Below, piece after piece: positions 26,867-36,669 of a DNA stretch of 64,000 nucleotides. Source of the DNA: Candidatus Omnitrophota bacterium. GTDB taxonomy: Bacteria; Omnitrophota; Gorgyraeia; JABMRG01; JAFGKX01. Below the pieces are notes generated by a model. That model was not told the DNA's origin. It was given only the letters and a program-made list of their open reading frames with translations, and ran no database searches. Location: NCBI GenBank assembly GCA_043797125.1, contig JAZDPX010000038.1, positions 68,071 through 132,070 of the forward strand, in the 5' to 3' direction. How positions within the stretch are numbered: position 1 is the first letter of the stretch; the number at the start of each line of letters is the position of its first letter. A program made the translations under genes and the position numbers.

Positions 26867-27792
26867 TGGCTTTTATCATAACTGGATTCTATGGTCTTCA
26901 CTAAAGCAAAAAGCATGTCATTCACAGGCGTCTTTATGCCGAGGCTTCTTGCGTGGCGAGATATAGCCCCGTTAATAGAATCTATCTCTGTCGGCCTTTT
27001 ATTAAGCACGTCCTGCAGCATGCTGCAAATATTTGAGCCTGTCGCAGCGCAAATTGATTCCGCCTTCTGCAACGGATCGTCATAGGCTAGTTTTGTGCCT
27101 TTGCGTTTTGCGACCTTGGCTGCCTCTGCCACAGAAAGCCGCAGCATTTCTTTTGTGCCGTCGTATTTTATAAGATCGCTGTTACAAAGCCTGGTTATTG
27201 CCCCAAGCGCGTTTATGCCGGCGTTAATCACAAGCTTGCTCCATATAACAGATTTAATATCCTTGGACATCTTGGTCTTTATCTTGGCCTCATTAAAAAT
27301 ACCGGCAATGGCTCTGACATCACCGAAAATTTTGCCATCCGATGCGCCTATCGTTGTTTCTTCGCTGCCGCAGTGTTTTATATGGCCTTCCTTAAACATA
27401 GTGGCAGCTTGCAAGCTAACCCCGCCAAGGGCCCTTTCTTCGCCAACTACCTCGTTTATCATTTCGAGGTTTCCCACGCCGTTTTGAATGGTTAGAACCT
27501 TGGTCTCTTTGCCTAAAAGCGGATTTATCTGTTTAATTGCTGACTCCGTATCATAGGACTTTACCGCTATTATCACAAGGTCTGCATTTGCGATTTCCTG
27601 GGCATCGGCAGTAACTTTTATCTTGGCTGTAAAATTAGATATGCCCTCAACTTTAATTCCATTTGCATTCAACCTCTTTGCCCTCTGCTCATTTTTATCC
27701 AAAATCCAGACCTCTTTTACGGATTTTGCGCGGCTTAATAATGCCGCAAATAAACAACCTATTGCGCCAGGGCCGACTATTACGATTTTCAT
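26857..27792 (-). CDS. panE: 2-dehydropantoate 2-reductase (ketopantoate reductase)
   Basis: MKIVIVGPGAIG Rossmann N-terminus, ApbA/PanE-like C-terminal domain. Adjacent to panB. Confidence 0.75.
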   Translation of the reverse strand: MKIVIVGPGAIGCLFAALLSRAKSVKEVWILDKNEQRAKRLNANGIKVEGISNFTAKIKVTADAQEIANADLVIIAVKSYDTESAIKQINPLLGKETKVLTIQNGVGNLEMINEVVGEERALGGVSLQAATMFKEGHIKHCGSEETTIGASDGKIFGDVRAIAGIFNEAKIKTKMSKDIKSVIWSKLVINAGINALGAITRLCNSDLIKYDGTKEMLRLSVAEAAKVAKRKGTKLAYDDPLQKAESICAATGSNICSMLQDVLNKRPTEIDSINGAISRHARSLGIKTPVNDMLFALVKTIESSYDKSQCS

Positions 27793-28626
27793 TTAAAGTC
27801 CCTCAAGTTCTTTTTCATCAACACTAAAACTATGTTCCTCGCCCGGAAATCTCCTCGCCTCCACATCATCCTTATATTGCCTTACCGCCTTTTCCATCTG
27901 CGCTAAAAGGTCAACATACCTTTTAGCGAATTTCGGGGTGAATTTTTTATATAATCCCAATATATCATGCGTGACAAGGACCTGGCCATCGCAATTTATT
28001 CCCGCTCCGATTCCAATGGTAGGTATTTTCAATTTAGAAGTTATAATTTTAGACAGCTTATCAGGTATGCACTCAAGTATCACGGCGAAACAACCTGCGT
28101 TCTCAAGCGCGACAGCGTCTTCTACAATTTTTTTAGCTGAAATTGAGGTCTTTCCCTGAACTTTAAAGCCGCCCAATTTTGTGGCGCTTTGCGGCGTAAG
28201 GCCTATATGCCCTAAACAAGGTATACCTGCGTTTATAATTGCTTTAATCTTTTCTATTGCCTCAATTCCGCCTTCAACCTTTACGGCGTCGCAACCGCCG
28301 TCTTTTATAAACCTGCCTGCGTTTTTTATTGCCTGCTCAACGCTTGCCTGATAGGACATAAACGGCATATCCCCGATTAAGAAAGCGTATTCTGTCGCCC
28401 TTGCAACAGCCTTAGAATGATGGATCATTTCTCTCATAGTCACAGGCAATGTATCTTTGTAGCCAAGCACGACCATCCCAACCGAATCTCCAACCAATAT
28501 AATATCAATACCTGCCTCGTCAATCACGGATGCCAAAGGAAAATCATACGCAGTAAGCATTGTAATGGGCGAGCCTTGCTTTTTCTTATTCTGAATATCT
28601 GTTATTGTAATCTTTTTTCTTTCCAT
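27793..28626 (-). CDS. panB: 3-methyl-2-oxobutanoate hydroxymethyltransferase
   Basis: ITMLTAYDFPLASVIDEAGIDIILVGDSVGMVVLGY, VKVEGG. Canonical KPHMT. Confidence 0.9.
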   Translation of the reverse strand: MERKKITITDIQNKKKQGSPITMLTAYDFPLASVIDEAGIDIILVGDSVGMVVLGYKDTLPVTMREMIHHSKAVARATEYAFLIGDMPFMSYQASVEQAIKNAGRFIKDGGCDAVKVEGGIEAIEKIKAIINAGIPCLGHIGLTPQSATKLGGFKVQGKTSISAKKIVEDAVALENAGCFAVILECIPDKLSKIITSKLKIPTIGIGAGINCDGQVLVTHDILGLYKKFTPKFAKRYVDLLAQMEKAVRQYKDDVEARRFPGEEHSFSVDEKELEGL

Positions 28627-30099
28627 CTATATTATTTCAAGAAATTTATCTACAAGCTTAGGATCAAATTCTTTGCCGCTGCCCTTCTTAAACTCGTCTT
28701 TAATGGACTCTTTGCTTAAGCTTTTTCTGTATGGGCGGTCTGTTGACATGGCATCATAGGCATCTACCATTTTCAATATCTTCGCTGTCAGGGGTATCTC
28801 TTCGCCTTTTAACCCGTCAGGGTATCCTGTGCCGTCCCACCACTCCTGGTGATATCTCACCATGTCGCACAGGGGGCTAAGTTTTCTTATCGGGCGCATT
28901 ATGTTCTCGCCTATTATAACGTGTTTTTGGAGCTCTTGTTCTTCTTCCTGCGTAAGCTTATCCTTTTTGCCTAAGATTTCATCTCTTACGCCTATCTTGC
29001 CTAAATCATGGAGCTTGGCGCCGTCTTTTAAAACTTCTATGGTCTTGTCGCTTAAGCCTAAGTGCTTGCTGAAATTAATCACCAATCTTGAAACTCTATC
29101 TAGGTGCCCGCGGCTGTACGGGTCCTTGGCTTCAACAGCAACTGCCAGGGCTGTTATTGTTTCTATATATGTCTTTTCTGCGTCTTCATTAAGGTTTGCG
29201 TTAGCAATAGCAACAGCGGCCTGAGATGCTATGTTTGTTATAAGCAGCTTATCGTCCTCGTTAAAATTTGAAGATCTTTTCTTATTAAAAATCGCCATCA
29301 CTCCCAGACAATCCTCTCTGTAGAGCAAAGGCACGGATATTATGGTTTTGTAGTGAAAGCGCGATTCATCATTTTCATCTATGCTTGGCACGCCGGTATA
29401 GGAAGAGATAATTGTTCTTTTTTCCTTAGCTGAAAGGCCGATTATTCCCTCCCCAAGCTTTTCAGATATCTTTTTAGCTGCCTTTTCATCAATGCCGTAA
29501 TACACGCTTGCCTGCAATTTTTCGCCTTTATCGTCCAAAAGCAATATGCAGCCGTTTTCGCCAAATACACCTTTGGTGGTCATTTCTATTATAAGCCCGA
29601 GAAGCTGGTCAATGCCCTCTGACGATGAAATGGCGGCTCCGGTCTTTGTAAAAATATCCTGTATAATATTTTTAGATTCTTCAAGCTCCTTAATCTTTTC
29701 TTCCAAATCTGAGGTAATTTTGTTAAATGACTTTGCAAGCTGGCCTATTTCGTCTGTGTCCGGGCCATCTACATATATCTTCTTTTTGTAATTTCCCTTA
29801 GCTATCTCTTTGCCGATCTCGGCAATGCGCGAAACAGCGCTGATGTTGCGCCTTAAAAAATAAAACATCAGGCCCATTAAACAGACGATCAGCGCTACTG
29901 TCACTCTTATGTACGGGAGTTTTTCCCAAAGTATATCATAACCCACAACTTTCAGGATATACATCAAAAGCATTAGAGGTATAAGCGACATGAAGAAAAA
30001 GGAGATGGCCAATTTACGGACCAGGCTCTCCTCATGTATTGAAGACAGCCTCATTTTAGACTTTTTAGTTTTTTTCATAGTATTAAAGCCCTGCCGCAT
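28627..30099 (-). CDS. HD-GYP c-di-GMP phosphodiesterase with N-terminal TM/HAMP and GAF-like sensor
   Basis: Two TM segments, HAMP-like coiled coil, central sensory domain. C-terminal HDLGKIGV ... HQEWWDGTGYPDGL (HD-GYP). Confidence 0.8.
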   Translation of the reverse strand: MRQGFNTMKKTKKSKMRLSSIHEESLVRKLAISFFFMSLIPLMLLMYILKVVGYDILWEKLPYIRVTVALIVCLMGLMFYFLRRNISAVSRIAEIGKEIAKGNYKKKIYVDGPDTDEIGQLAKSFNKITSDLEEKIKELEESKNIIQDIFTKTGAAISSSEGIDQLLGLIIEMTTKGVFGENGCILLLDDKGEKLQASVYYGIDEKAAKKISEKLGEGIIGLSAKEKRTIISSYTGVPSIDENDESRFHYKTIISVPLLYREDCLGVMAIFNKKRSSNFNEDDKLLITNIASQAAVAIANANLNEDAEKTYIETITALAVAVEAKDPYSRGHLDRVSRLVINFSKHLGLSDKTIEVLKDGAKLHDLGKIGVRDEILGKKDKLTQEEEQELQKHVIIGENIMRPIRKLSPLCDMVRYHQEWWDGTGYPDGLKGEEIPLTAKILKMVDAYDAMSTDRPYRKSLSKESIKDEFKKGSGKEFDPKLVDKFLEII

Positions 30100-30955
30100 C
30101 CAAAAGCCGGCCGACTTTGCTCTCCCATCCGATAGGCATAATATGAACGCCGCTTGCGACTGCCTTTAATTCTTTTATAAGTCCTGCGGCAATCTGGATT
30201 GCCTTTTGGGGCCTATCATTTTTATCAACCGAATCTATTTCCTTTATTATATGAGCCGGCACATTAATGCCTGCTACGTTATCATTCATATATTTAGCCA
30301 TTGCGCCGGACTTAAGCAATATAACGCTTGCTAATATAGGCGCGTCGATATGTTTTACCTTTTTCAGGAATGCCGAAAATTTATCTATATCAAAAATGGC
30401 CTGTGTCTGGAAAAATTTCGCTCCTGCTTTAACCTTTTTCTCCATTTTTATTATTTCCGGCTCTAAAAAGTCCGCCCCGGGGTTTACGACAGCTCCGGCG
30501 AAAACATCAGGCTTTCCGTCGAGAGCATTTCCTGTCATATCCGCGCCTGAATTAAGAGTTTTAATAACTTCCAGAAGCTGCACTGAATCAAGGTCGTAAA
30601 CAGGCTTTGCCTGAGGGTGATCTCCTCTTGTCGGGTGATCGCCAGTAAGAACCAGTATGTTATCTATGCCCAGCGCCGCGGCTGAAAGTATATCCGACTG
30701 CAAAGCAAGGCGGTTTCTGTCGCGCGTGGTTATCTGCAATATCGGCTCAAAGCCGTTTGTCTTTAAAAGATGGCACATCACCAAAGAACCCAGCCTCATG
30801 ACAGAACTTTGAAGGTCTGTAACATTAACCGCATCCACCCTGTTTTTAAAGTGCTCGGCCTCCTGCAGTATTTTTTTTGTGTTTATCCCTTTGGGCGGGC
30901 CTATCTCGCAGGTAACAACAAATTTGCCGGATTCCAATTTGCTTTTTAAGCTCAT
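30083..30955 (-). CDS. metF: 5,10-methylenetetrahydrofolate reductase
   Basis: MSLKSKLESGKFVVTCEIGPPKG N-terminus, FFQTQAIFD. TIM-barrel MTHFR. Confidence 0.85.
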   Translation of the reverse strand: MSLKSKLESGKFVVTCEIGPPKGINTKKILQEAEHFKNRVDAVNVTDLQSSVMRLGSLVMCHLLKTNGFEPILQITTRDRNRLALQSDILSAAALGIDNILVLTGDHPTRGDHPQAKPVYDLDSVQLLEVIKTLNSGADMTGNALDGKPDVFAGAVVNPGADFLEPEIIKMEKKVKAGAKFFQTQAIFDIDKFSAFLKKVKHIDAPILASVILLKSGAMAKYMNDNVAGINVPAHIIKEIDSVDKNDRPQKAIQIAAGLIKELKAVASGVHIMPIGWESKVGRLLDAAGL

Positions 30956-31605
30956 TTTTTCTCCAGGCTGATTTTTTTCGGGCTTAATCTTTTTTCATTA
31001 TCGCGCGGGTTTTGAGTATTTTTCATTTTTGAAAGCTCTTTGAGCGAATCGAGGCGTTCGTATATTTGAATCCACACGCAATCTATGTCTTTGCTTACTT
31101 CGCATTTTTTATCTTTAACGCCGCCGCAAGGCCCGTTCAGCAGCCCTTTTGGGCACAATGTAACCGGGCACAAGCCGCCTGTTTCATCCAGCACGCATTC
31201 CGCGCATAAAGAGCATTTCTGCACAAAACGTCCGTCGGACTGAACCTCGCCCAAAAATAATGTATCAAGACCGGGGTGCACTCTTTTGCCTTTTGTGCCT
31301 TCCACTATTGTCTGCGTGCCGTCTCCGCAAGTCAGGGCGAGTATCGCGTCTGATTTCTGTATCTGGGCCTTAAACTGCTGGTTCATCTTTTTTGCCTTTA
31401 CCAGATGGCAAGGCGGATCAAGCACAAAAGTGCCTGTTATAATTTTACCGTGTTTTGCAAGGAAGGCCTTCATTGCAAGGACTTCTTCCTCGCCGCCGGT
31501 TTTACACACAGTAGAACACTGCGCGCAGCCGGCTATGAATATCTTTTTGTCGCATTTAAGATACTCCAGTATTATGTCTTTATCTTTTTGTTTTGTAATT
31601 ATCAT
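30952..31605 (-). CDS. metV: MTHFR C-terminal-domain zinc/FeS protein (MetV), partner of MetF in acetogen-type reductases
   Basis: Cys-rich. CPKGLLNGPCGG hallmark motif. 4-nt overlap with metF. Confidence 0.75.
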   Translation of the reverse strand: MIITKQKDKDIILEYLKCDKKIFIAGCAQCSTVCKTGGEEEVLAMKAFLAKHGKIITGTFVLDPPCHLVKAKKMNQQFKAQIQKSDAILALTCGDGTQTIVEGTKGKRVHPGLDTLFLGEVQSDGRFVQKCSLCAECVLDETGGLCPVTLCPKGLLNGPCGGVKDKKCEVSKDIDCVWIQIYERLDSLKELSKMKNTQNPRDNEKRLSPKKISLEKK

Positions 31606-32429
31606 TATGCCCTCTTATATAATTCCAAAAGATTATTAATCAGCATGATGTTAGTCACCGGGCCTACGCCCCCCGGTACGGGTGTAATATATGACGCCTT
31701 GTTTTTAGCTGAATCAAAATCTATATCGCCCTTTGTGGCGACATCAATGACAATTGCGTTCATCTTTAACCATTGCCCGGGCACGCTGAAACCTTTAACC
31801 CCTACCGCGCTTATGAGAATCTCGGCTCTTTTTACGTGCTCCTTAAGAAGATTGCGTTCGCTGGTTGCTATATGGCAGACTGTAACAGTCGCGAATTCGT
31901 TTAATAGCATAAGGCTTAACGGCTTTCCTATAATCTGGCTATGGCCTATTATCAGCGCCTCTTTGCCGCGCAACCGCACATTTAAACATTTAAGTATATG
32001 CATAACCGCGGCAGGCGTGCATGGCGCCAGGCTGCAATTTCCTGAAAAAAATCTTCCTATGTTTGCGGGGTGCAGGCCCTCAACATCCTTTTTCGGATTT
32101 ATGTGCCCTAAAAGTTCGTTGCGGTTTATCGCCTTGGGCAGAGGAAGCTGGATAATTATCCCTGTTGTTTTCCTGTCCGCGTTGTATTTATCGAGCACGC
32201 TTTTAGCGTCTTTTGTGGCTGTGCCTGCGGCAAGCTTAATAAGCACATATTCTATATCAAATTCCCTGCAAAGGGTCTGCTGCGACTTTGTGTACATCCT
32301 GCACGAAGGGTCATCTCCTATTATTATAGAAACTAGCCTAGCAGGGCCTTTGCCTTTTGCCTTAAATTCTTTTAAAAGCTTTGCCCTTAGGCCTTGCACA
32401 ATTTTTTTACCGTCGATTATCTCTGCCAT
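31605..32429 (-). CDS. folD: bifunctional methylenetetrahydrofolate dehydrogenase / methenyl-THF cyclohydrolase
   Basis: MAEIIDGKKI..., PGGVGPVTNIMLINN C-terminal motif. Confidence 0.9.
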   Translation of the reverse strand: MAEIIDGKKIVQGLRAKLLKEFKAKGKGPARLVSIIIGDDPSCRMYTKSQQTLCREFDIEYVLIKLAAGTATKDAKSVLDKYNADRKTTGIIIQLPLPKAINRNELLGHINPKKDVEGLHPANIGRFFSGNCSLAPCTPAAVMHILKCLNVRLRGKEALIIGHSQIIGKPLSLMLLNEFATVTVCHIATSERNLLKEHVKRAEILISAVGVKGFSVPGQWLKMNAIVIDVATKGDIDFDSAKNKASYITPVPGGVGPVTNIMLINNLLELYKRA

Positions 32430-32971
32430 TGCCTTATCCTTTTACTTAACCATATCAGCTTTTTGCGTTTTGAATTAACAAAATTTTTATCATTTATATA
32501 CTTTAGATTTATCTCGACATTAAGCCGCGCTGCCTTAAAACAGGCCTTGTTGGCTGCGGCTGCGCAGCCAACATCGCTCATTAAATTTCTATTTGCAATT
32601 GACGGCAATCCGCTAATGGCTGCCGCTGCTTCATAACTTCTATCGCATATTTCTAAAGGCGTAAGCGCGGCCATTTTAAAAGCGGATTGGGTTTTATAAT
32701 TATCCCTGCCGTATTTTTTTATGCTCGCTAAAAGCCTTGCATAAACTCTTGCGTCTTTATCGATCAACCCCGTAAACATTATCCTGTTATTTTTTACAGC
32801 GGCAAGCATCCTGCTCGCTTTACGCCCATGGCTATAGTTTAGCACCATCTCACAAAGAGCGCAACCAATTGCTCCTAACAAGGCCGCGGCGCTGCCTCCC
32901 CCCGGGACCGGAGTTTTTGCCGCCAGTTCATTCAAATACTTTTCTATAGTCAATTTGCTATATGTTTTCAT
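32417..32971 (-). CDS. fchA: methenyltetrahydrofolate cyclohydrolase / formiminotransferase-cyclodeaminase family protein
   Basis: TPVPGGGSAAALLGAIGCAL motif of cyclodeaminase/cyclohydrolase (FTCD_C) proteins. Confidence 0.7.
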   Translation of the reverse strand: MKTYSKLTIEKYLNELAAKTPVPGGGSAAALLGAIGCALCEMVLNYSHGRKASRMLAAVKNNRIMFTGLIDKDARVYARLLASIKKYGRDNYKTQSAFKMAALTPLEICDRSYEAAAAISGLPSIANRNLMSDVGCAAAANKACFKAARLNVEINLKYINDKNFVNSKRKKLIWLSKRIRQWQR

Positions 32972-33031
32972 ATTTTAAATTTTTAATTTTGAATTGCAAT
33001 TTTGAATTTTGCATTTTTAATTTTTAATTTT

Positions 33032-34654
33032 CTACGTCAACCCTACAATATTCCCCTTATCATCAATATCAATCCTCTCCGCCGCAGGCTCTTTAGGCAA
33101 ACCGGGCATAAGTTCTATTTTTCCTGCGATTGGCACTAAAAATCCTGCGCCTGCCGAGATCCTGACATCGTGAATCTTTAATTTCCATCCGCCAGGCACG
33201 CCTTTTTTAAGAGGGTCGTCGGATAATGAAAGGTTGGTCTTCGCGATATTTACTTCAAGCCTGCCAAAGCCTAAAGACGTAAATTTCGCGATTTCATCAC
33301 TTGCGCGTTTTGTATATGTAACGCCGCTTGCGCCATAAACTAAGGTGGCAATTTTATGTATTTTAGTCTTAATCGGCTCGTCGAGCTCATAAAGATACTG
33401 CAGATTAGAGGAATCATCGCGTATTGCCTTAAGGCAGCTTTGAGCTAAATCAACTGCGCCTGATCCGCCCTTTGCCACGGCTTCTGACACAACGCAATCA
33501 ACTCCTAAGCTGTGGCAATAGCCGTCAATTGCATCTATTTGTTTTTTTGTATCCTGCGGGAATTTATTTATTGCCACTATCGGTTGCATGCCGAACCTTT
33601 GAATTATTCCGATGTGATGCCTTAGATTATCCATATTTGAGTGCGATTCAATAGCCCTGGCGGAAACGACTATTATAGAAAGGGATGGTTTTAACACATC
33701 CGCGCTGCCGGGCATGCGCAGGCGGCAGACTATATTAAAAAACTTCTCTGCGCCTAATTCGGAACCAAAACCGTTCTCAGTTATAACGTAATCCGCTAAT
33801 TTTGACGCCATAATAAGGCTAATAAAGCTGTTATTCCCGTGGGCGATATTAGCAAACGGCCCTGTGTGCACGAACGCGGGCTGGCCTTCCGTGGTTTGCA
33901 CGATGTTCGGCTTTATCGCATCTTTTAAAAGCGCGGCCATTGACCCTACGACCTTAAGATCCTTTGCCGTAACAGGTTTGCCTTTTCTTGTATAGGCTAC
34001 AATAATATTTGAAAGCCTTCTCTTTAAATCTTTGATACTTGTTGTCAAAGCCAGAATTGCCATTATCTCGCTTGCGGCAGTAATATCAAAACCGCTTTCG
34101 TATTTTATTGACCCGGCCTTTCCTTTATACCCAACAGTTACATGCCTCAGCGCCCTGTCATTGATATCAACCACTCTTCGCCAGAGTATATTTTTTACAT
34201 CAATATCCAGCGCATTGCCGTAATAAATGTGGTTATCAAGTATAGACGCTAAAAGATTATGCGCGGAAGCTACCGCATAGATATCCCTGGTAAAATGCAA
34301 GTTGATATCTTCCATCGGGATAATTTGAGCCTTACCCGAACCGCAGCCTCCGCCTTTTATGCCGAAGGTTGGGCCTAAAGAAGGCTCGCGCAAACATAAT
34401 ATAACTTTCTTTTTTAATTTAGCGAAGGCTTGGGTTAAGCCGATTGCCGTCGAGGTCTTGCCTTCGCCAAACTTTGTAGGCGTGATGCATGTTACGTTAA
34501 TAAGCCTTCCGTTTGGTTTGTAAGACAATCTTTCAAGTATATCCAATGACACCTTTGCCTTGTATGCGCCGAAAACCTCAAGCTCATCCTGCTTTATGCC
34601 TATTGACTTTGCTATTTCTGTGATTTGTTTCGGCTGGGTCATTAGCGTCTCCAT
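33032..34654 (-). CDS. fhs: formate--tetrahydrofolate ligase
   Basis: FGEGKTSTAIGL P-loop, 540 aa. Characteristic FTHFS blocks. Confidence 0.9.
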   Translation of the reverse strand: METLMTQPKQITEIAKSIGIKQDELEVFGAYKAKVSLDILERLSYKPNGRLINVTCITPTKFGEGKTSTAIGLTQAFAKLKKKVILCLREPSLGPTFGIKGGGCGSGKAQIIPMEDINLHFTRDIYAVASAHNLLASILDNHIYYGNALDIDVKNILWRRVVDINDRALRHVTVGYKGKAGSIKYESGFDITAASEIMAILALTTSIKDLKRRLSNIIVAYTRKGKPVTAKDLKVVGSMAALLKDAIKPNIVQTTEGQPAFVHTGPFANIAHGNNSFISLIMASKLADYVITENGFGSELGAEKFFNIVCRLRMPGSADVLKPSLSIIVVSARAIESHSNMDNLRHHIGIIQRFGMQPIVAINKFPQDTKKQIDAIDGYCHSLGVDCVVSEAVAKGGSGAVDLAQSCLKAIRDDSSNLQYLYELDEPIKTKIHKIATLVYGASGVTYTKRASDEIAKFTSLGFGRLEVNIAKTNLSLSDDPLKKGVPGGWKLKIHDVRISAGAGFLVPIAGKIELMPGLPKEPAAERIDIDDKGNIVGLT

Positions 34655-35283
34655 CCCCTGTGCAATGGGGAGAGTCCAAACTTATCTATTGTCTCAAAGT
34701 GCGTTTTCGTCCCGTATCCTTTGTGAACTGCCAAGCCGTATTTCGGGAAAAGTTCGTCGTAAAAAACCATAAGCCTGTCTCTGGTAACTTTTGCTATAAT
34801 AGAAGCTGCGGCTATGGATAAGCTTTTCTGATCGCCCTTAATAATGAGAACTTGTTTTTGAGGCACTTTTAAACTTAATATTCCGTCCACAAGCAAAAGA
34901 TCCGGCACAACCGGCAAATTATACAAGGCGTATCTCATCGCCAGGATTGTTGCGTTGGCTATGTTTATTCTTTTGATAATGTCTTCGTGTACTATGCCTA
35001 TGCCAACAAAGGCCTTTTCCAAAATCTCTTTATACGCCTTTTCCCTCAAAAGGGCTGTCAGCCTTTTTGAATCATCTATCCTTGCAATAAAATCATATCT
35101 CTTAAGCACAACGCAGCAAGCAACAACAGGGCCTGCTATGGGGCCTCTGCCGGCCTCGTCAATTCCCGCAACGCACTTATATCCCTGGCGCCTTGCGTTA
35201 TGCTCCCTGTTCGGCGTTGGAAGGCTCATTTTGTTCCGCGGCATCCTGGCCGATTTTCTCATCGACCTTAGCCTTTTTACCAA
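34642..35283 (-). CDS. rnhB: ribonuclease HII
   Basis: [15 protein letters not shown]. Probable real start at an internal Met (~35229). Confidence 0.85.
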   Translation of the reverse strand: MVKRLRSMRKSARMPRNKMSLPTPNREHNARRQGYKCVAGIDEAGRGPIAGPVVACCVVLKRYDFIARIDDSKRLTALLREKAYKEILEKAFVGIGIVHEDIIKRINIANATILAMRYALYNLPVVPDLLLVDGILSLKVPQKQVLIIKGDQKSLSIAAASIIAKVTRDRLMVFYDELFPKYGLAVHKGYGTKTHFETIDKFGLSPLHRGWRR

Positions 35284-35590
35284 CCCTTTTTCTTAAATAA
35301 TAAAGCTTTGCCCTTTTAACTTTTCCTGTGCGCACATGCTCTATTCTTTCTATTGTCGGGGAGTGCAAAAGAAATATGCGCTCTAAACCCTCGCCGTAAG
35401 ATATGCGCCTTAGCGTAAAGGTTTCGTTAATACCGGAGTTTTTGCGCGCGATTACGGTGCCTTCAAAAGGCTGTATTCTTTCTTTCCCGGCCTCCATTAT
35501 CTTGACATGCACCTTAATTACATCGCCGATGAAAAATTCAGGTATGTCCTTTTTAAGTTTTTTCTTTATTATTTCTTTGATTTTATCCAT
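35198..35590 (-). CDS. rplS: 50S ribosomal protein L19
   Basis: [12 protein letters not shown]...[14 protein letters not shown]...TFTLRRIS. Confidence 0.9.
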   Translation of the reverse strand: MDKIKEIIKKKLKKDIPEFFIGDVIKVHVKIMEAGKERIQPFEGTVIARKNSGINETFTLRRISYGEGLERIFLLHSPTIERIEHVRTGKVKRAKLYYLRKRVGKKAKVDEKIGQDAAEQNEPSNAEQGA

Positions 35591-36291
35591 GTCTGCTCCT
35601 TTTGTTCTAACTGCTTTATGTTTTTGATTAAATCAGGCCTTTTATCAATAGTCCTTGATATTGCCTCATATTTGCGCCATAGGCTTATCAGCTTATGATT
35701 TCCCGAAAGCAATATATCCGGCACCTTCATCCCGTCATAAGAAGAAGGCCTTGTATACTGCGGATATTCCAACAGGCCTTCTGAAAATGACTCTATGCTT
35801 GACGATTCGCTATGGCCTAATACGCCGGGAACCAACCTAACAACACTATCTATAACAACCATGGCAGGCAACTCACCGCCTGTTAAAATATAATCGCCTA
35901 TAGAAATTTCTTTATCTACTATACTCATTACGCGCTCATCAACGCCTTCATAATGCCCGCTTATTAAGATAAAGCCCTTTTTGCGGCTTAAGGTGTAGGC
36001 GTTTTTCTGTGTAAATGATTCGCCCTGGGGGCTCATCAAAATTACTTCTGCGGGGCTGTTTTTCTTTTTAACGTCTTTCACTGCGTCAAATATGCATCCG
36101 GGCTCAAGCACCATGCCCGGGCCTCCGCCAAAAGGCCTTGCATCTGCCTTTTTGTGCTTATCTTTCGAATAGCGCCTTATGTCATGCACGCATATATTGA
36201 CCTTTTTTGATTTTACCGCGCGTTTTATTATTGATTCGGACAATACAGCGTTAAACATCCGCGGGAAAAGTGTAAGCACGTCTATTCTCAT
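35569..36291 (-). CDS. trmD: tRNA (guanine37-N1)-methyltransferase
   Basis: [11 protein letters not shown]-terminus, SPOUT fold motifs, [12 protein letters not shown]. Confidence 0.9.
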   Translation of the reverse strand: MRIDVLTLFPRMFNAVLSESIIKRAVKSKKVNICVHDIRRYSKDKHKKADARPFGGGPGMVLEPGCIFDAVKDVKKKNSPAEVILMSPQGESFTQKNAYTLSRKKGFILISGHYEGVDERVMSIVDKEISIGDYILTGGELPAMVVIDSVVRLVPGVLGHSESSSIESFSEGLLEYPQYTRPSSYDGMKVPDILLSGNHKLISLWRKYEAISRTIDKRPDLIKNIKQLEQKEQTWIKSKK

Positions 36292-36299
36292 TTAAAAGC

Positions 36300-36530
36300 C
36301 TATTTTTTAATTAAAGAAAGAACGGTCTCGCTCGGCTTTGCGCCGATTTTCAGCCAGTAATCTATTCTGTCTTTTTTCATATTCAACAGCGCCGGGCTTT
36401 TTGACGGGTCATATATCCCGACTTCTTCAATAGCCTTACCGCTTGTCGAGACACGGGAATCGCATACTACTATCTTAAAATGCGGCTTCTTTTTGCCTCC
36501 CATTCTTTTCAGTCGTATTACACAAGCCAT
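36300..36530 (-). CDS. rpsP: 30S ribosomal protein S16
   Basis: MACVIRLKRMGGKKKPHFKIVV. Confidence 0.9.
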   Translation of the reverse strand: MACVIRLKRMGGKKKPHFKIVVCDSRVSTSGKAIEEVGIYDPSKSPALLNMKKDRIDYWLKIGAKPSETVLSLIKK

Positions 36531-36540
36531 GGTTAGAACT

Positions 36541-36669
36541 CCTTTCTGGTGTTTAAATTAAAAATTCAAAATGTAAAATGTAAAATTGCAATGTAAAATT
36601 CAAAATTTGCAGTAATTTTGAATTTTTAATTGTAATTTTGAATTTTTAATTTTTAATTTTGAATTATCT
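36541..36669. repeat. AT-rich quasi-palindromic repeat block (AATTTTGAATTTTTAATTTTTAATTTT units) upstream of rpsP
   Basis: Shares a ~30-nt motif with 32972-33031 (upstream of fchA). The two halves are reverse complements (aaaattcaaaat / attttgaatttt). Confidence 0.45.

Noticed and set aside
31405-32478. 357-aa plus-strand ORF
   Set aside because: Lies entirely antisense to folD/metV. Low-complexity, no recognisable motifs, no RBS. Shadow ORF.
36300-36530. Missing rimM between rpsP and trmD as a notable deletion
   Set aside because: rimM is dispensable and absent from this operon in various lineages. Not informative without the whole genome.
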